DNA of 64,000 bases from Paraspadella gotoi. Taxonomy: Eukaryota; Animalia; Chaetognatha. Below, piece by piece: positions 13,821 to 28,100 of the stretch (its first letter is position 1; every line of letters starts with the position of its first letter). A program made the position numbers and the translations under genes. The notes below the pieces were generated by a model that made no database searches, was not told the origin of the DNA, and was given only the letters and a program-made list of their open reading frames with translations. Location: contig CM119265.1 of the NCBI GenBank assembly GCA_051294375.1, forward strand, positions 8,006,772 to 8,070,771, in the 5' to 3' direction.

Positions 13821-15405
13821 CTCGCCGTGTCTCTTCTCTCTTCTGTCTCCTGCCATTCTGTGTCTCTGCATTATCGAAGAGCCATATGAAGTGTCACCTC
13901 GTTTCCTTGTTTATTCTCGGCGTTTTCATCGTCACTCTTCGCACGGGATGCAAGTATGGGCTGCGACGAAATAACCGCTCAAGAACTCGACCGTGGCCCA
14001 TATGAACCCATGGACTTTTGCCCATGGGAAGAATTGAAAGGCCCATCTTTTGTTGTATCGGTATGTGCAACTACAGTTTAGTTTACCTCAGTAGAACAAA
14101 AAATATAAAGAATTTAATTCAAATACGAAATGTTTATGGGCAGAGAAGTTTTGTGTGATATTTTATCTGGCTGACTGTTGTTTATGGTGAGCGCGCGGTG
14201 TCAATCCAACGACGTGGGCGTAATTCACGTGCGTTTTCCAGGTTGGTGACTTCTCTTCTGTTATATATCACAACAGTGTTAATCTAATTTATAATTAATT
14301 AGGACATGGAATTTACGGTATTAATCATTCTCATGAATTGTCTCAAGTATAGACCAAAAAGTATTATGTATTATATTTCACCACGCTGTATCTAACGCGC
14401 GAAATCATCTGAGTTTTGAAAATCATAGGCGAGATTTAATTTCAGCTATTAAACTTGCTTTTGACTTTTGGGGCCTTGACGAGATATTACCCACCGCTCC
14501 TCTCTCTCCTTTCTTCGCTTTTTTTGTCATTTCTGAAACTCCTCTCTCTTTCTCTTCTCTCTATCTCTCCTCTCTCTCTTCTTCTCTCTCCTCTCATCTT
14601 CTCTCTCTCTCTCTCCTGCTCACACTGTGTTCTCTTCTCATCTCCTAATTCAACCTTACTAAAACTTACCTCAATTTGTCTCTCTCTTTTTTTTTTCCGT
14701 CCTCAGAGATGTGAGAAATCGGTAAAGCCGTATAATGTTGAAGATGTCTTTAACCCATTTATTCTCACCGCACGCTCTCGCGCTTTTGTCCAAAAGCGAG
14801 TGCATTTATTTTTATTTTCCTGAAGATGTTTCATATTACGTATCCCGTCTCCCTTTACCCACCGTAAACTCTTGTACAAGCACACAACTCCTCCGATCTC
14901 CTCCTCTCCGCTTGCGGCTTTCTCTCTCTGCTCTGTCTTTTCGTGAGCTACAAGATACGTTCGAAATCCTCTCTCCTCTCTCTCCTCTCTTCTCTCCTCT
15001 CCTCCTCTCTCTCTCTCGCCTCTCCAGTTCAACCTGAAGAAGGGCGTCCGAATTTAACGCCAGGGTGTCAAACTCAGTATCCGGTTCCTTTTTCCTTCTT
15101 TCCTTTTTTTCTCTGTATTTTTTATTATTATCTCTTCTCTTCTCTCTTTCACGTGTGTCGGTCGAGCATCCCGGAACCTATCGTCTCTCCAATCGCCATT
15201 TTCTCATTTATTTCCGTATTAAAATTCAGAGAGCTGGATAAACACGTTAGCTTTTACCGTAAACCTCGGAGAAGCACCTTCGCTCTTACAAAGGGAATCG
15301 GAGGTAGGTTGACACATTCTCTCCCAAGAAAGACCCCATTTAGATTAGGTTTTCTTCACGTAACGGATAAGGATTGCGTTAGAACACGAGCTGCTTGAGG
15401 CTCAC

Positions 15406-15480
15406 CAGCATCTCGCAGTCATGATCACGGAGAAGTCTTGTGTTCAAGCTTGGATTCTGTTCTCCTGCTTCTGTAGTTGC
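15406..15480 (-). CDS. Candidate 75-nt exon (ATTEAGEQNPSLNTRLLRDHDCEML)
   Basis: Acceptor caattttgcAG|G and donor CTG|GTGAGC; open in phase 0; length is a multiple of 3. Confidence 0.35.
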
Positions 15481-16057
15481 CTGCAAAATTGAGTACTGTT
15501 AAAGTTTTTAAATGATTTCAGAACTTGTTATCGATTCATTAGGAAGACAGACCGCGCTGTGTACCAAACTTGATAGTTACCAGAAAACTTCGAAAAGGCT
15601 TTCATTAATAATAATCATTAATTTGCATAATAAGAAGAAAAGAAGAATAATTTTGATTCACATATATTTATAAACTGATATATCTTCTAGTTAATTTAAC
15701 GGGTTGAGTTTTTTTATTCACCTCATGGCGCAATTAAAAAACGAAATCAACGATTTCACCTGAAATAGTTACACGCAATATTGATCCCATTATTTATAAT
15801 AGTATCTGCCCCTGACTGTATCGACACGATAGCTTTGATCCGCTATGTTAAACCTACCCAACACCCTCTACCACAACGCTAAACGAACACCCACCACAGC
15901 AAACACCCATGACACAACCACCATCGTCTCAATCAAGAACACTCACGAGCGCTTCTCGCTTTTTCGAAACTATCCTCAGACGCTCGCTTCCCATGCAAGA
16001 AGCCTCGGAAATATAAAATTTCTTGCTTCAATTGTCAGTTCTCGTCTCTAACCCTCA

Positions 16058-16510
16058 TCATCGTGTCATCAAACCCCCTCGCCCGCTTCCTGCCCCCCCC
16101 TCCGAACCGAGCCAGCTATAAGTAATCCACTCGCTCTCCAAGCCATTCGCTCGCCTGCTCGCTGGTCTTCTTTCCACATCATTCTCTCGCACACTTCGTC
16201 TGGCTCCACGAATAATGTTCACATCGTCTATTCCCTTCAAGCATAGCGTTACATCGATCGCTTTTCGTTTTTTCCATGCCTTCTCGTTTCTCGGCGTCTT
16301 CTCTCTCCTCTTCTCTTCTCCTTCTCCTCTCTCCTCTCTCTCTCCTCTCTCCTGCTTCTCTCATCATCTCGATCTCGTTTCATCCCTCTTTCTGATGCTT
16401 GGTATCTCTCTCGAATCCTTCCTTAGCCAGTGCCTCGGCTAGATACTCATAAACTTTCCCCATTTCCTCGACATTGACGAAGTCCTGGGGAAGAGAGGTA
16501 CGTACGTGAT
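16058..16510 (-). CDS. Coding-like block, unknown product
   Basis: Protein-like peptides LPQDFVNVEEMGKVYEYLAEALAKEGFERD and KAIDVTLCLKGIDDVNIIRGARRSVRE, separated by a noisy GA tract. Confidence 0.25.
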
Positions 16511-19500
16511 GGGTGTACGCATGCGCGCTAAGGTAGTCACGCTGGTGTTCCAGATGCGAGGTAAGTGTGTTCAAAATATTTTAATTAAACGAAGTATTAG
16601 CGGATTACAACTCCATTGGTTTGTTCCGACGGGAAACTCGTCGGCTTTGCCGGAATATTGAACTTTATTGCCGGTTATCAAACGTGTTTCATACTTACCT
16701 TTTTCCTTTGCTGTTTTAATGGCGCTTACATCATGTTAAACTCAAGCGGGAGTTTTTTTTTAATTGTTGTTTCACGTAGTTCAAATTGATTGTCTGTTTG
16801 GAGATCTTTAAATTGCCGGGTTATCAGTCAGGCACAAAACAATGGCACCTTAATGGCTTACTTATCTAGTCGATACCTGAACATTAAATAAATTCATGAA
16901 TTGATGTTGGTTTTTAGGTTGGTTAAATGTTGGACAATCGGACATAGCATTATTTTTATGCCCGCCATTCCATATGTCTAACCATCACGTGATCGCGTTC
17001 GTCCATTAGATTTCTCACCTAGATGTTCCTTTTCATTTGGCCGAGAATCTCAAAAGTCAAAGTAAAAAGAAGGAAGAAATGGAAAAGAAAAATAAGGTGT
17101 ATTTTCATCTCATTCAAGAACCTCGAACTCTTCCTCTCTCTTTTCCTCATCTCAAATACTTCACCCATTCATCATAAACATATCATCTCTTCCAACACTG
17201 CGCCGTAATCTCAAATATCATTTCTTTAAGTCCCGGGAGAAGTGCATATCGTGGCACTTCCATATGCAAATGTAGAATCGAGAGCATTTCTTTGCACATC
17301 TGTTTCGACATCGTCGTGCCGTACGGCGGCGGCTGCCGGCGGCGCGCGCGGGCCGGGTTGTGGGAGTGGGCGTTGGCGCGTTTCGAGAGCGGCCTCGGGG
17401 GGGGGCGGTGAGTCGAAGGGTCGTAGCGGTAGAGAGGGTTGGGTAGGTGGAACTCGACGGTCAAAGTCCATGGAGGACGAAAAGGCAAGCCAAGGGGGGC
17501 GGGGGAGAGAGAGAGAGAGAGAGACGGTATATTCGTCGAGGAAGATATGTTTTATGCGTATACTTGAGGAGACCGGGGGCGAAAAACCGTGTTTTTGTCT
17601 GTCCGCAGATTCATCATCAACAAAAGGAGAGGTGAGGAGAGAGAGAGAGAAAGAGAGAGAGAGGAGAGAAGAGAAAGAGAGAGAGAGAGAAGAGAGAAGA
17701 GAGAAGAGAGAGGAGAGAGAGAGTCTCGTTCGCTTCTCCTTTTTGAAAATGGCGGGAAACCAGGTTTTGTCGGGAGACACGAGCCAAGTTTTCAAAGGGT
17801 TGTATAATAAAACGTAAGAGAGATGAGAGAGAGAGAGGAGAGCGAGAAAAACTTTCCCATTCAAAAACTAAAAGCGGCTGAGGGATTTCACAATGGAAAA
17901 CTTACCAGCAGCTCACATAACAAAAGAAAAAAAAAATATTTCCGTCCCAAGAATGAAATTTTAAATCCATGTATATGTTCAATCCATTTAATTCCATTTA
18001 AATCCTATTTGGAGACTTATTTTTGCTTGTTTTGGTTTGTGCTAAACAATTAACATTATGTATCCTACTAACAACCTAGGAAGAACGAGTGATTAGACTT
18101 CCTTCCACTTTTCTTTTTTTTCCTTCTTCTTTCGTTTCTTTCCCTCTTATTTTCCCCCCTTCTTTTCCTTATCACAAGGAGCGAGCCGCGTGACTGCCGA
18201 TCTAAAGTTTCAAGTCGTGTTTCAATCCGGCCCGCGCTGCCACTGGTGGTTCCGACCGTTAGTAGTAATTCTCGGCCTTAATCTCCGCGAGAAAGGTCGA
18301 CGCATCCATCAACCGTCGACGTTCGTACCCCGGGACGGCGAAGGAGAAAAATAACGAGGGCGAGCCGTAAGGCCGCGTCCATTTCGGCGGCGTTCACTAC
18401 GCCACAAGACCGTCATAGGTCACACGACCGCGCCATTTACCGCTCAATTCGGCCGACAGGTAAGTCCCCGAAAAACCCGTCGCAAATATTATTTTTTTTT
18501 TGCGGATGCATCAATTACATTGCGTGGACGCGGCAAAGACCGATGAAGAACGTTCGCAACCGCCAACCGTTTCATTTCCTACGACATTGAGGGGCAAAAA
18601 AAACTATCACCGTTTTTATTGAGACCACTCGTCATGCTTACAGTGTGTCGATTGTTGTGCTTTTGTTTTTTTTTTAAACTTTTCTTTGCGTGTCAGCTGG
18701 GAAATCTCTCAATCATTTAGTCGATCTTCCTACAATCTTTTCTGGAAGTTTCCGACCAATCAAAAGCTCGAAATTAACATTTGAGTTTGAAAAGTGTTGA
18801 GTCTGAGTTGCTGAGGATCATTCACGAGACGTTGACGTTAATGTCGGTCGCAGCTGTCGCCAGATTTTCAGTCCAAAGCTGACTTTTATCTGGACCCCGT
18901 CTCGCAGATGGGGGGGGCTCTGGAGGGGGCGGCCTCGAGAGACAAAGAGGGATCATGCAGTTCGACTCCCGAAAGCGGAAGGGGTTCTCCTCTAAGATGT
19001 CGGGTGGAGCTAGGGGGGGCGAGGCATGGCGAGGAACGGCGCAACGTGCGCGGATTTGGATGCCGAACCCAGATAAACCAAGAATTGGGAGGTCTCCAAC
19101 GACGGCGGCCAAAGTACTATTGGCGTCGTCGTCATCGTTCGTCGCCTTGTTGATTCGTTTGAGGTTATTTGTCGGAATTTTTTAAGTTATATATCGTCGT
19201 CATCTTTTGGCGTTGTCGTTGTTGTTGTTGTTGTTTGTCGTTGTTATTGTTTCTTTTGTTTTCGTTCGTTCGGTATTATTCCGTCTTCGTCGGTCGTCGT
19301 TTTTTTTGTTTCGGAAAACGAATCGCTGTTTTTAAGTCGAAATTCAGAATTTTAAAATTAAAGCGAGAGTCAAGAGAGAAGAGAGAGGAGGAGAGGAGAG
19401 AACGAGAGAGAGAGAGGAGAGAGAGAGAGAGAGGAGAGAGAGAGACGAGAGAGAGAGTAAAGAAGAGAAGAGAGAGTTTTGGAAAATTTCGGAAAAAAGC

Positions 19501-20366
19501 AGACAGTCGAGAGAGAGTAAGAGAGAGAGAAAGGAGGAGAAGTAAGAAGATTTACAAACTTTTTCTGGGCCTTATTTTATATTCCAATTCTTTTTTACGG
19601 AGTCGTTAATCCACCACGATGTCGGCCTTCCTCCTCGTCGTTCGTTATCGTCGTCGTCGTCGTTGTTCCTCGTTTTTCAACATCATCGCTATCTCCATCC
19701 GTCGCTCGGTCGTCCCTCGTCATGTCGTCATCATCATCGGTCCGTCTCCCTTCTAAATTGTAGAGGTTCCGTCACCTCCTCATCGTTCACCTGCGCCGGA
19801 CGTCTCCTCCTCTTCCTCCTCTCCTCCTTCTTTGTCCCCAGAAGGCCGTTCCTTTCAACCCTTGAATGCTAATTATCCGTGAGTCTTTTGTTTTTTCCTT
19901 CCGCCGCGGATCGAAAGGAGCTTCTGTCTGTTTCGGACGAGGGGATCCCGGAATGTTGGAAGAGAGACTTTGGAGTTATGGAGCTGGGGCTGTCGTTTTG
20001 TTGGTGAGAGTTATGCGGTCACGTGATATAGTCCATGGTCTGCTAATTGATAAAAGGTAAATCAAAATGTTTTTTAAACCAGATCATTTTAACGCTATTG
20101 CCAAGAGGTTGTTCAAGGTTCAAATGTTTCGCGGGAGCAAATCTGAGTCAAAGGCTGAAGTGATTAAAATTTAAGTTATCCATCTTAGTAAAAGCTAAAG
20201 ATAAAATATTATCTAAGCTAATCAAGGCTAAGGTCTTTCGGTCTCTTTATATTTCGGTCACGTGACTCTTCGATCCATTGAACAGAAAGGATCGATTTCT
20301 CTGATCACGCATCTCGATCGGAGAACCTTGGACGAGACGAAAGGCGCGTCATCACGTCGGATTAGT

Positions 20367-20397
<31 letters not shown>

Positions 20398-20728
20398 TGA
20401 GATAGGACGAAGAGAGAGAGAGAAAGAGAGGAGAGGAGAGAGGAGGAGGAGAGGAGAAGAGAGAGAGGAGAGAGAGAGAGCGAGAGAGAGAGGGAGAGAG
20501 AAGAGAGGGAGAGACCATGGCCGACAGATAAATTCGACCCAGATCGTCACCTGTTCGTTTCCGCCTAATTGGTCCGACACTTTGACCGACATCAAGAAGA
20601 ATCTGTCCGGCGGGGCAAGAAAGACCGAGACTGAGCGGTGCTCTGATCCTTTTTTTGTTTTCGTGAGATTGAGAGAGAGACGAGAGAAGAGAGAGATCGG
20701 GGATGAGAGAGACGAGAGAGAAGAGAGA

Positions 20729-20764
<36 letters not shown>

Positions 20765-21269
20765 GTAATCATAAGTCGAACTCTCTTTTCTCTTAAGTAA
20801 TTTTACATTCACTTCGTTTGCACTATCAAACAAACTTTACATTGGAAAAACCTTTTTGAAAACATAACTACTTATTCCACTCTTCTTCAAAAGCCCTTCC
20901 TTTTTTTAAGCAACACTCTTTTTCAAACCTCCCCTCTTTCACACTCCCCCCCCCTTCCAACCACCCCCCCCACAAACAAGTTTCTTCTCGCAATATCTTT
21001 CCAGTGAAAATATTCGCCGAAGGAGAAATTCCGCCGCTGCTTCGACGTTCGGTTCGTTTGTTCGACGCTTACCAGAAGAAAACGTGACGAACGACGAACG
21101 ACGAACGACGAACGCACGAACGACGATACGACGAACGACGAACGGACGAACGACGCAACGACGAAAAGACCGATTGATTAAATGGAGGTGGAGGATGTTC
21201 GACGGCGTTAATACGGAATTGTTGATCGGCGCAGCCGCGAAGAGAGAGAGAGAGAGGAGAGAGAGAGAC

Positions 21270-21302
<33 letters not shown>

Positions 21303-21316
21303 AGAGAAGAGAGAAG

Positions 21317-21352
<36 letters not shown>

Positions 21353-21905
21353 GAGAGACGACGACTGGACGACACTGACGGTTTCGCAGGTTCTGTCACT
21401 TCCTTCAAAAAACGTCTTTCACGAAACCGGACTATTCGAACTTTCTCTCCTTTGTTTTCCTTTTTTTCCTTTTGATTCCTTCGTTTCTTCTTCCCCCACA
21501 AGTCTGCTTCCTGTTTCCACCTCCTGTTCTTTCTTCGATTCCGGCGCCGATAGATTTCCGGCGTATTCTTTCGTCCGGCGGCGTCCGTCATTGCCGTCGC
21601 GAGGCTTGACGAATTCGGCGTATGAGATGGTCGAGTGGTTCTCTCTCTTCTTCAATTATTTGACGATTGGTCGGCGTCGTGTTAAGGGACTTGCGTCTGT
21701 CGCGCGGCATCTCGCGGCGTCTAACGGCATCTCGTGGCATTGAAGGACAACGCAATGATGCTGGACGGCTCTTTTTGCGGCGACTTAAACGACGCCAATA
21801 ATTCGCAGTCGATATAATACTCGGACGATACTCTTTCTTCTTTTCTTCTGTCTTCTCTCTCTCTCTTTCTTCCTCTCTCTCTCTCTTCTCTCTCTCTCTC
21901 CTCTC

Positions 21906-21938
<33 letters not shown>

Positions 21939-23668
21939 CTCTCTTCTCTCTTTATTTCTTTCTCTTCTTTCTTCGCGCGCGATCGAGTTTTTGCCTGAAT
22001 TGTATTGTCGTCGCACCTGGTACGAAAAATAGGAGCGATATTTCTCTCTCTCTCTCTTTTTCCTTTCTCTGTCTCTCTCTTTTTCTCGCTCAATCTTTAC
22101 TAATGGCACGCCATTAGCGCCGGCAATAAATCCGCGTGACATTCGAGTTTTCGCGCATGAACGACTCCGGATTTCAGTAAAGAGAGAGAGAGATATATAA
22201 TGATGTAGGATCTTCTATTAATATTCATTTAATTGGACCGTGAAGTAAAAATTGGTCCTTCTATATGTTTCTACTGCTAAATTTCAGCAACTTTTCACAT
22301 GTTAATGTGTCATTATATTCCATTCATAACTTTTGCCACGAAAGCCACGCGTAACAATTTAACCAATGTATTTACCAATTAATACTTTCGAACGAAACTC
22401 GCGAATCGAAATAAGTTTCGACGTTCGTACCCAAGATAGGATGCCACTCGACGGCGGATGCCAGATGGCGCTATCGCTCGACTTCTTCACGACACCATTC
22501 ATGACGTCGCGATCGACGCTCGCAATTCTTTTTTTATTTCCGGTTAAATCGAAAACTTGGCTGACCGCGCGACAACGCCAGCTCGACGAAATTGGAGCGT
22601 TGTCCCGATTGATTTTCCGGAGTCTTCGGCGACAACGCCGACGAGATTGCCGAAGGATGGCCCTCAGTCGCGGCCGACAACGCCGATTCGATTGCGGACT
22701 CGTTCTACTCTCTCGCTCATCTCCGCCTAACGAGAAGTTCTCGAAGTTCGCGCGATCGATTTCACCGCGGCGAATTTACCGTCTGCGATTTGACGTCACC
22801 GGAAGACTTCTCCGACCGCGCAGCGAGGAAAGAGTTACTGCTCGATCGGGGCCACGGTCCGATTTTTCTCGACTCATATTTCTATCTCGCACCGAAACGA
22901 GGGCCGACGATCGTGCGACGACGAAACGTGTCGAATCTCGAAAAGCAGAAGAGCTCGATTCGTTCGGGGGAATTACGATCAATTGAGTCGCGGAAGTCGA
23001 AGAAAAGATCTTCTCATTGCTCGATCGAAAGAATTGACTGAGCGCGTCTACCGTGTCCGTCTCTGTCTCTGTCTCTCTCTCTCTCTTCTCTCTCTCTCTC
23101 CTCTCTTCTCCCCTCTCTCTCTCCCGCTCTCTCTCTCTCTCTTCTCTCTTCTCTTTCTCTTCTCCTTTACTCTAATTTTCTAGGCACCTGGGGATCGTCT
23201 GTTATGACGGTAGCGGTACATAGAAACACACCTCCGGACGATGTTCCCGTTATGACACGAAATTCTGACATCTGTGACCCGGAATTCTCCCTCTAATGCT
23301 TGGTCGTACGTCGTGGACTTTGTCGTCTTTCGTCGTCGTTGGCCGTCGTCTGTCTCGCCGACAAGCCTGACAGAGAAGAGAGAAGAAAAAGAAAAAAAGA
23401 ACTAGATCAGAAAAGTGGGGCAGTGCGGTGAAGAGAGAGGGCGAGAAAATAGATGAAAATCTGGGTGATATTATGGCTAGACAGGGTTAGAAATATTGAG
23501 ATGTCGCTTTAGACGAGCAATAACCTTACCCATTGGAAAGGTTCGGGAAAAGGTAGGGTTAAGGGGGAGTTAAGGAAAAGGGTGTGTTTAAAGATAGGCG
23601 AGATTTCCTGAGAGAGCTCGACGCGGAGAAGGAAAGAGAAAAGTGAACTGACGGTGCCGTCAGGCAAA
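16509..23668 (+). repeat. Copy 1 of ~7 kb direct duplication (insertion-rich copy)
   Basis: Colinear with 24010-30420 throughout, e.g. gatgggtgtacgcatgcgcgcta at 16509 vs gatgggttgcgcatgcgcgcta at 24010, and aaagtgaactgacggtgccgtcagg at ~23640 vs aaagtgaactgacggcgtcagg at ~30395. Differences are mostly single-base indels. Confidence 0.95.
21086..21166 (+). repeat. (GACGAAC)n heptamer-like repeat
   Basis: About 11 imperfect units. Confidence 0.7.
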
Positions 23669-23909
23669 TTGATTAACGTGATGAGTCTTTGTAGTTAGTC
23701 GCAATTAGAAAGAAGGGGGGGAAATGAGCAGAGAGGATGAGAGAGAATGACAAGAGAGAGAGAGGAGAGAGAGGCAGATAGCAGATGAGGAGAGAGAGGG
23801 AGAGAGAGAGACAGAGAACACACAAAAAATAGTGAGAAAAAGGCCGCGGTTTCCTTCCTAAGACGCCAAGGTGTCAATTCTTGTTTTCCGGCCCCATCTC
23901 TCTTCTTTT

Positions 23910-24009
23910 NNNNNNNNNNNNNNNNNNNNNNNNNNNNNNNNNNNNNNNNNNNNNNNNNNNNNNNNNNNNNNNNNNNNNNNNNNNNNNNNNNNNNNNNNNN
24001 NNNNNNNNN
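23910..24009. other. 100-N scaffold gap between the duplicated copies
   Basis: Exactly 100 N, the conventional placeholder for a gap of unknown size. Confidence 0.95.
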
Positions 24010-24874
24010 GATGGGTTGCGCATGCGCGCTAGAGTTAGTCGCTGGTTTCCAGAGCGAGGTAAGTTTCAAAATATTTTTTTAACGAAGTAGCGGATTACAA
24101 CTTGGTTTGTTCCGGGAACTCGTCGGCTTTGGAATTTAATTTAATGCCGGTTATCAAACGTGTTTCATTTCCTTTTTCCTTTTGCTTTTATGGCGCTCAT
24201 CATGTTAAACCTCAGCGGGAGTTTTTTTTAATGTTGTTTCACGTAGTTCAAATTGATTGTCTGTTTGGAGTTTAAATCCGGGTTTCGTCGTGCACTAAAA
24301 CAATGCCTAATTATTTACTAATCTATGTATATAACTTCATGAATTGATTCGTTTGTTGGTTTAATGGACAATCGGACATAGCATTTTTTCCCGCCATTCC
24401 TTGTCTAAACCATCACGTGACGTTCCGCCATAGTTCTCACCAGATGTCCTTTCATTGCCGAACCAAAGTCAAAAAAAAAGAAAAAGGGAAAAAAAAATAA
24501 GTGTAATCTTTCCATCTCATTCAAACCTCGAACTCTTCCTCTCTCTTTCCTCATTCAATCCTTCACCCCATTCCATCTAAACCACATCTCTTCAACAGCG
24601 CCGTAATCTCAAATATCATTCGTAATCCCGGAGAAGTGCATACGTGGCTTCCATATGCAAATGAGATCGAAGCATCTTTTGCATCTGTTCGACATCGTCG
24701 TCCTCGGCGGCGGCTGCCGGCGGCGGCGGCTGGGCCGGGTTGTGAGTGGGCGTGGCGCGTTCGAGAGCGGCCTCGGGGGGCGCGCGTGAGTCGAAGGGCG
24801 TAGCGGTAGAGAGGGTTGGGTAGGTGGAAACGAGGTAAAGTCCATGGGACGAAGGCAAGCCAAGGGGGGCGGGG

Positions 24875-24905
<31 letters not shown>

Positions 24906-25225
24906 AAAACTTTCCCATTTCAAAAACTAAAAGCGGCTGAGGGATTTCACAATGGAAAACTTACCAGCAGCTCACATAACAAAATGAAAAAAAAAATATT
25001 TCCGTCCCAAGAATGAAATAAAATCCATGTATATGTTCAATCCATTTAATTCCATTTAATCCATTTGGAGACTTATTTTTGCTTGTTTGGTTTGCAAACA
25101 ATTAACGAATTATATTACTAACAACCTAAGGAAGAACGAGTGATTAGACTTCCTTCCACTTTTCTTTTTTTTCCTTCTTCCTTTCGTTTTTTTTTTTTTT
25201 CCTCTTATTTTCCTTCTTTTCCTTA

Positions 25226-25600
25226 TCACAAGGAGCGAGCCGCGTTGACTGCCGAGTCTAAAGTTTCATGTCGTGTTTCACATCCGCCGCGCTGCCACTG
25301 GTGGTTCCGACCGTTAGTAGTAAATTCGGCCTTAATCTCCGCGAGAAAGTCGACGCATCCATCAACCGTCGACGTCGTACCCGACGGCGAAGGAAAAACG
25401 AGGCGAGCCGTAGCCGCGTCATTTTCGGCGGCGTCACTACGCCACAAGACCGTCATAGCGTCACACGACCGCGCCATTACCGCCTCAATTCGGCCGACGG
25501 TAATGTCCCGAAAAACCCGTCGCAACTTTTTTTTTTGCGATGGCATCAATCATTGGTGACGCGCAAAGACCGATGAAGCGTCGCAACCGCCAACCGTTTC
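25226..25600. CDS. GC-rich exon-like block (also at ~18175-18590); strand ambiguous
   Basis: Minus ORF of 107 aa. The plus frame is also open between a polypyrimidine acceptor (cacaag|) and a GTAATG/GTAAGT donor. Confidence 0.25.
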
Positions 25601-28100
25601 ATCCTACGACATTGAGGGGAAAAAAACTTATCACGTTTTTATTGAGACCAGTCGTCATGCTTACAGTGTGTCGATGTTGTTGCTTTTGTTTTTTTTTTTA
25701 ACTTTTCTTTGGTGTCAGCGGGAAATCTCTCAATCATTTAGTCGCATCTCCTAACAATCTTTTCTGGAAGTTTTCCGACCAATCAAAAGCTCGAAATTAA
25801 CATTTGAGTTTGAAAGTGTTGAGTCTGAGTTGCTGAGGATCATTCACGAGACTTTGACGTAATGTCGGTCGCAGCTGTCGCCAGATTTTCCAGTCAAAGC
25901 TGACTTTTATCTGACCCGTCTCGCAGATGGGGGGGGGCTCTGGAGGGGGCGGGCCTCGAGAGACAAAGAGGGATCATGCATTCGACTCCCGAAGGCGAAG
26001 GGGTTCTCCTACTAGATGTCGGGTGAGCTAGGGGGGGCGAGGAGTGGCGAGGAACGGCGCGAACGTGCGCGGGAATTTTGATGCCGAACCCATAAACCAA
26101 GAATTGAGGTCTCCCAACGACGGGGCCGTTACTATTGGCGTCGTCGTCATCGTCGTCGCCTTGTTGTTCGTTGAGGTTATTGTCGAATTTAAAGTTATAT
26201 ATCGTCGTCATCTTTTGGCGTTGTCGTCGTTGTTGTTGTTGTCTTTTGTTTTCGTCGTCGTTATTATTCCGTCGTCGTCGTCGTCGTTTTTTGTTTCGGA
26301 AAACGAATCGCTGTTTTTTAAGTCGAAATTCAGAATTTAAAATTAAAGCGAGAGTCAAAGAGANNNNNNNNNNNNNNNNNNNNNNNNNNNNNNNNNNNNN
26401 NNNNNNNNNNNNNNNNNNNNNNNNNNNNNNNNNNNNNNNNNNNNNNNNNNNNNNNNNNNNNNNNNNNNNNNNNNNNNNNNNNNNNNNNNNNNNNNNNNNN
26501 NNNNNNNNNNNNNNNNNAATTCGGAGAGACAGCGAGAGAGAGTAAGAGAGAGAGAAAGGGGAGAGAGTAGAGATTTCAAAACATTTTTCTGGGCCCTTAT
26601 TTTATATTCCAATTCTTTTTTACGCGAAGTCGTTAATCCACACGATGTCGCCTCCTCCTTCGTCGTCGTTATCGTCGTCGTCGTCGTTGTCGTCGTTTTC
26701 AACATCATCGCTATCTCCATCCGTCGTCGTCGTCCTCGTCATTGTCGTCATCATCATCGTCGTCTCCCTTCTACATTGTAGAGGTTCGTCACCTCCTCAT
26801 CGTTCACCTGCGCCGACGTCTCCTCCTCTTCCTCCTCCTCCTCCTTCTTTGTCCCCAGAAGGCCGTCCTCAACCTTGAATGCTAATTATCCGTGAGTCTT
26901 TTGTTTTTCCTCCGCCGCGGATCGAAAGGAGCTTCGTGTCTTCGGACGAGGGGATCCCGGATGTTGGAAGAGAGACTTTGGAGTTATGGAGCTGGGGCTG
27001 TCGTTTGTTTGGTGAGAGTATGCGGTCACGTGATATAGTCCATGGTCTGTAATTGATAAGGTCTCAAATGCTTGTTTTAACAAATCATTTTGAAACGCTA
27101 TTGCCAAGTAGGATGTTCAAGTTCAAATGTTTCGCGGGAGGCAATTCTGAGTCAAGAGGGCTGAAGTGATTAAAAATTTAAGTATCCAATCCTTAGTCAA
27201 GCTAAGATAAAATACTTAACCTTAGCTAATCTAGGCTAAGGTCTTCGGTCTCTTTATATTTCGGTCACGTGANNNNNNNNNNNNNNNNNNNNNNNNNNNN
27301 NNNNNNNNNNNNNNNNNNNNNNNNNNNNNNNNNNNNNNNNNNNNNNNNNNNNNNNNNNNNNNNNNNNNNNNNNNNNNNNNNNNNNNNNNNNNNNNNNNNN
27401 NNNNNNNNNNNNNNNNNNNNNNNNNNNNNNNNNNNNNNNNNNNNNNNNNNNNNNNNNNNNNNNNNNNNNNNNNNNNNNNNNNNNNNNNNNNNNNNNNNNN
27501 NNNNNNNNNNNNNNNNNNNNNNNNNNNNNNNNNNNNNNNNNNNNNNNNNNNNNNNNNNNNNNNNNNNNNNNNNNNNNNNNNNNNNNNNNNNNNNNNNNNN
27601 NNNNNNNNNNNNNNNNNNNNNNNNNNNNNNNNNNNNNNNNNNNNNNNNNNNNNNNNNNNNNNNNNNNNNNNNNNNNNNNNNNNNNNNNNNNNNNNNNNNN
27701 NNNNNNNNNNNNNNNNNNNNNNNNNNNNNNNNNNNNNNNNNNNNNNNNNNNNNNNNNNNNNNNNNNNNNNNNNNNNNNNNNNNNNNNNNNNNNNNNNNNN
27801 NNNNNNNNNNNNNNNNNNNNNNNNNNNNNNNNNNNNNNNNNNNNNNNNNNNNNNNNNNNNNNNNNNNNNNNNNNNNNNNNNNNNNNNNNNNNNNNNNNNN
27901 NNNNNNNNNNNNNNNNNNNNNNNNNNNNNNNNNNNNNNNNNNNNNNNNNNNNNNNNNNNNNNNNNNNNNNNNNNNNNNNNNNNNNNNNNNNNNNNNNNNN
28001 NNNNNNNNNNNNNNNNNNNNNNNNNNNNNNNNNNNNNNNNNNNNNNNNNNNNNNNNNNNNNNNNNNNNNNNNNNNNNNNNNNNNNNNNNNNNNNNNNNNN

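Noticed and set aside
16691-16700. ATACTTACCT matching the U1 snRNA 5' end
   Set aside because: No further U1 similarity, absent in the duplicate copy, and simply the reverse complement of a splice donor.
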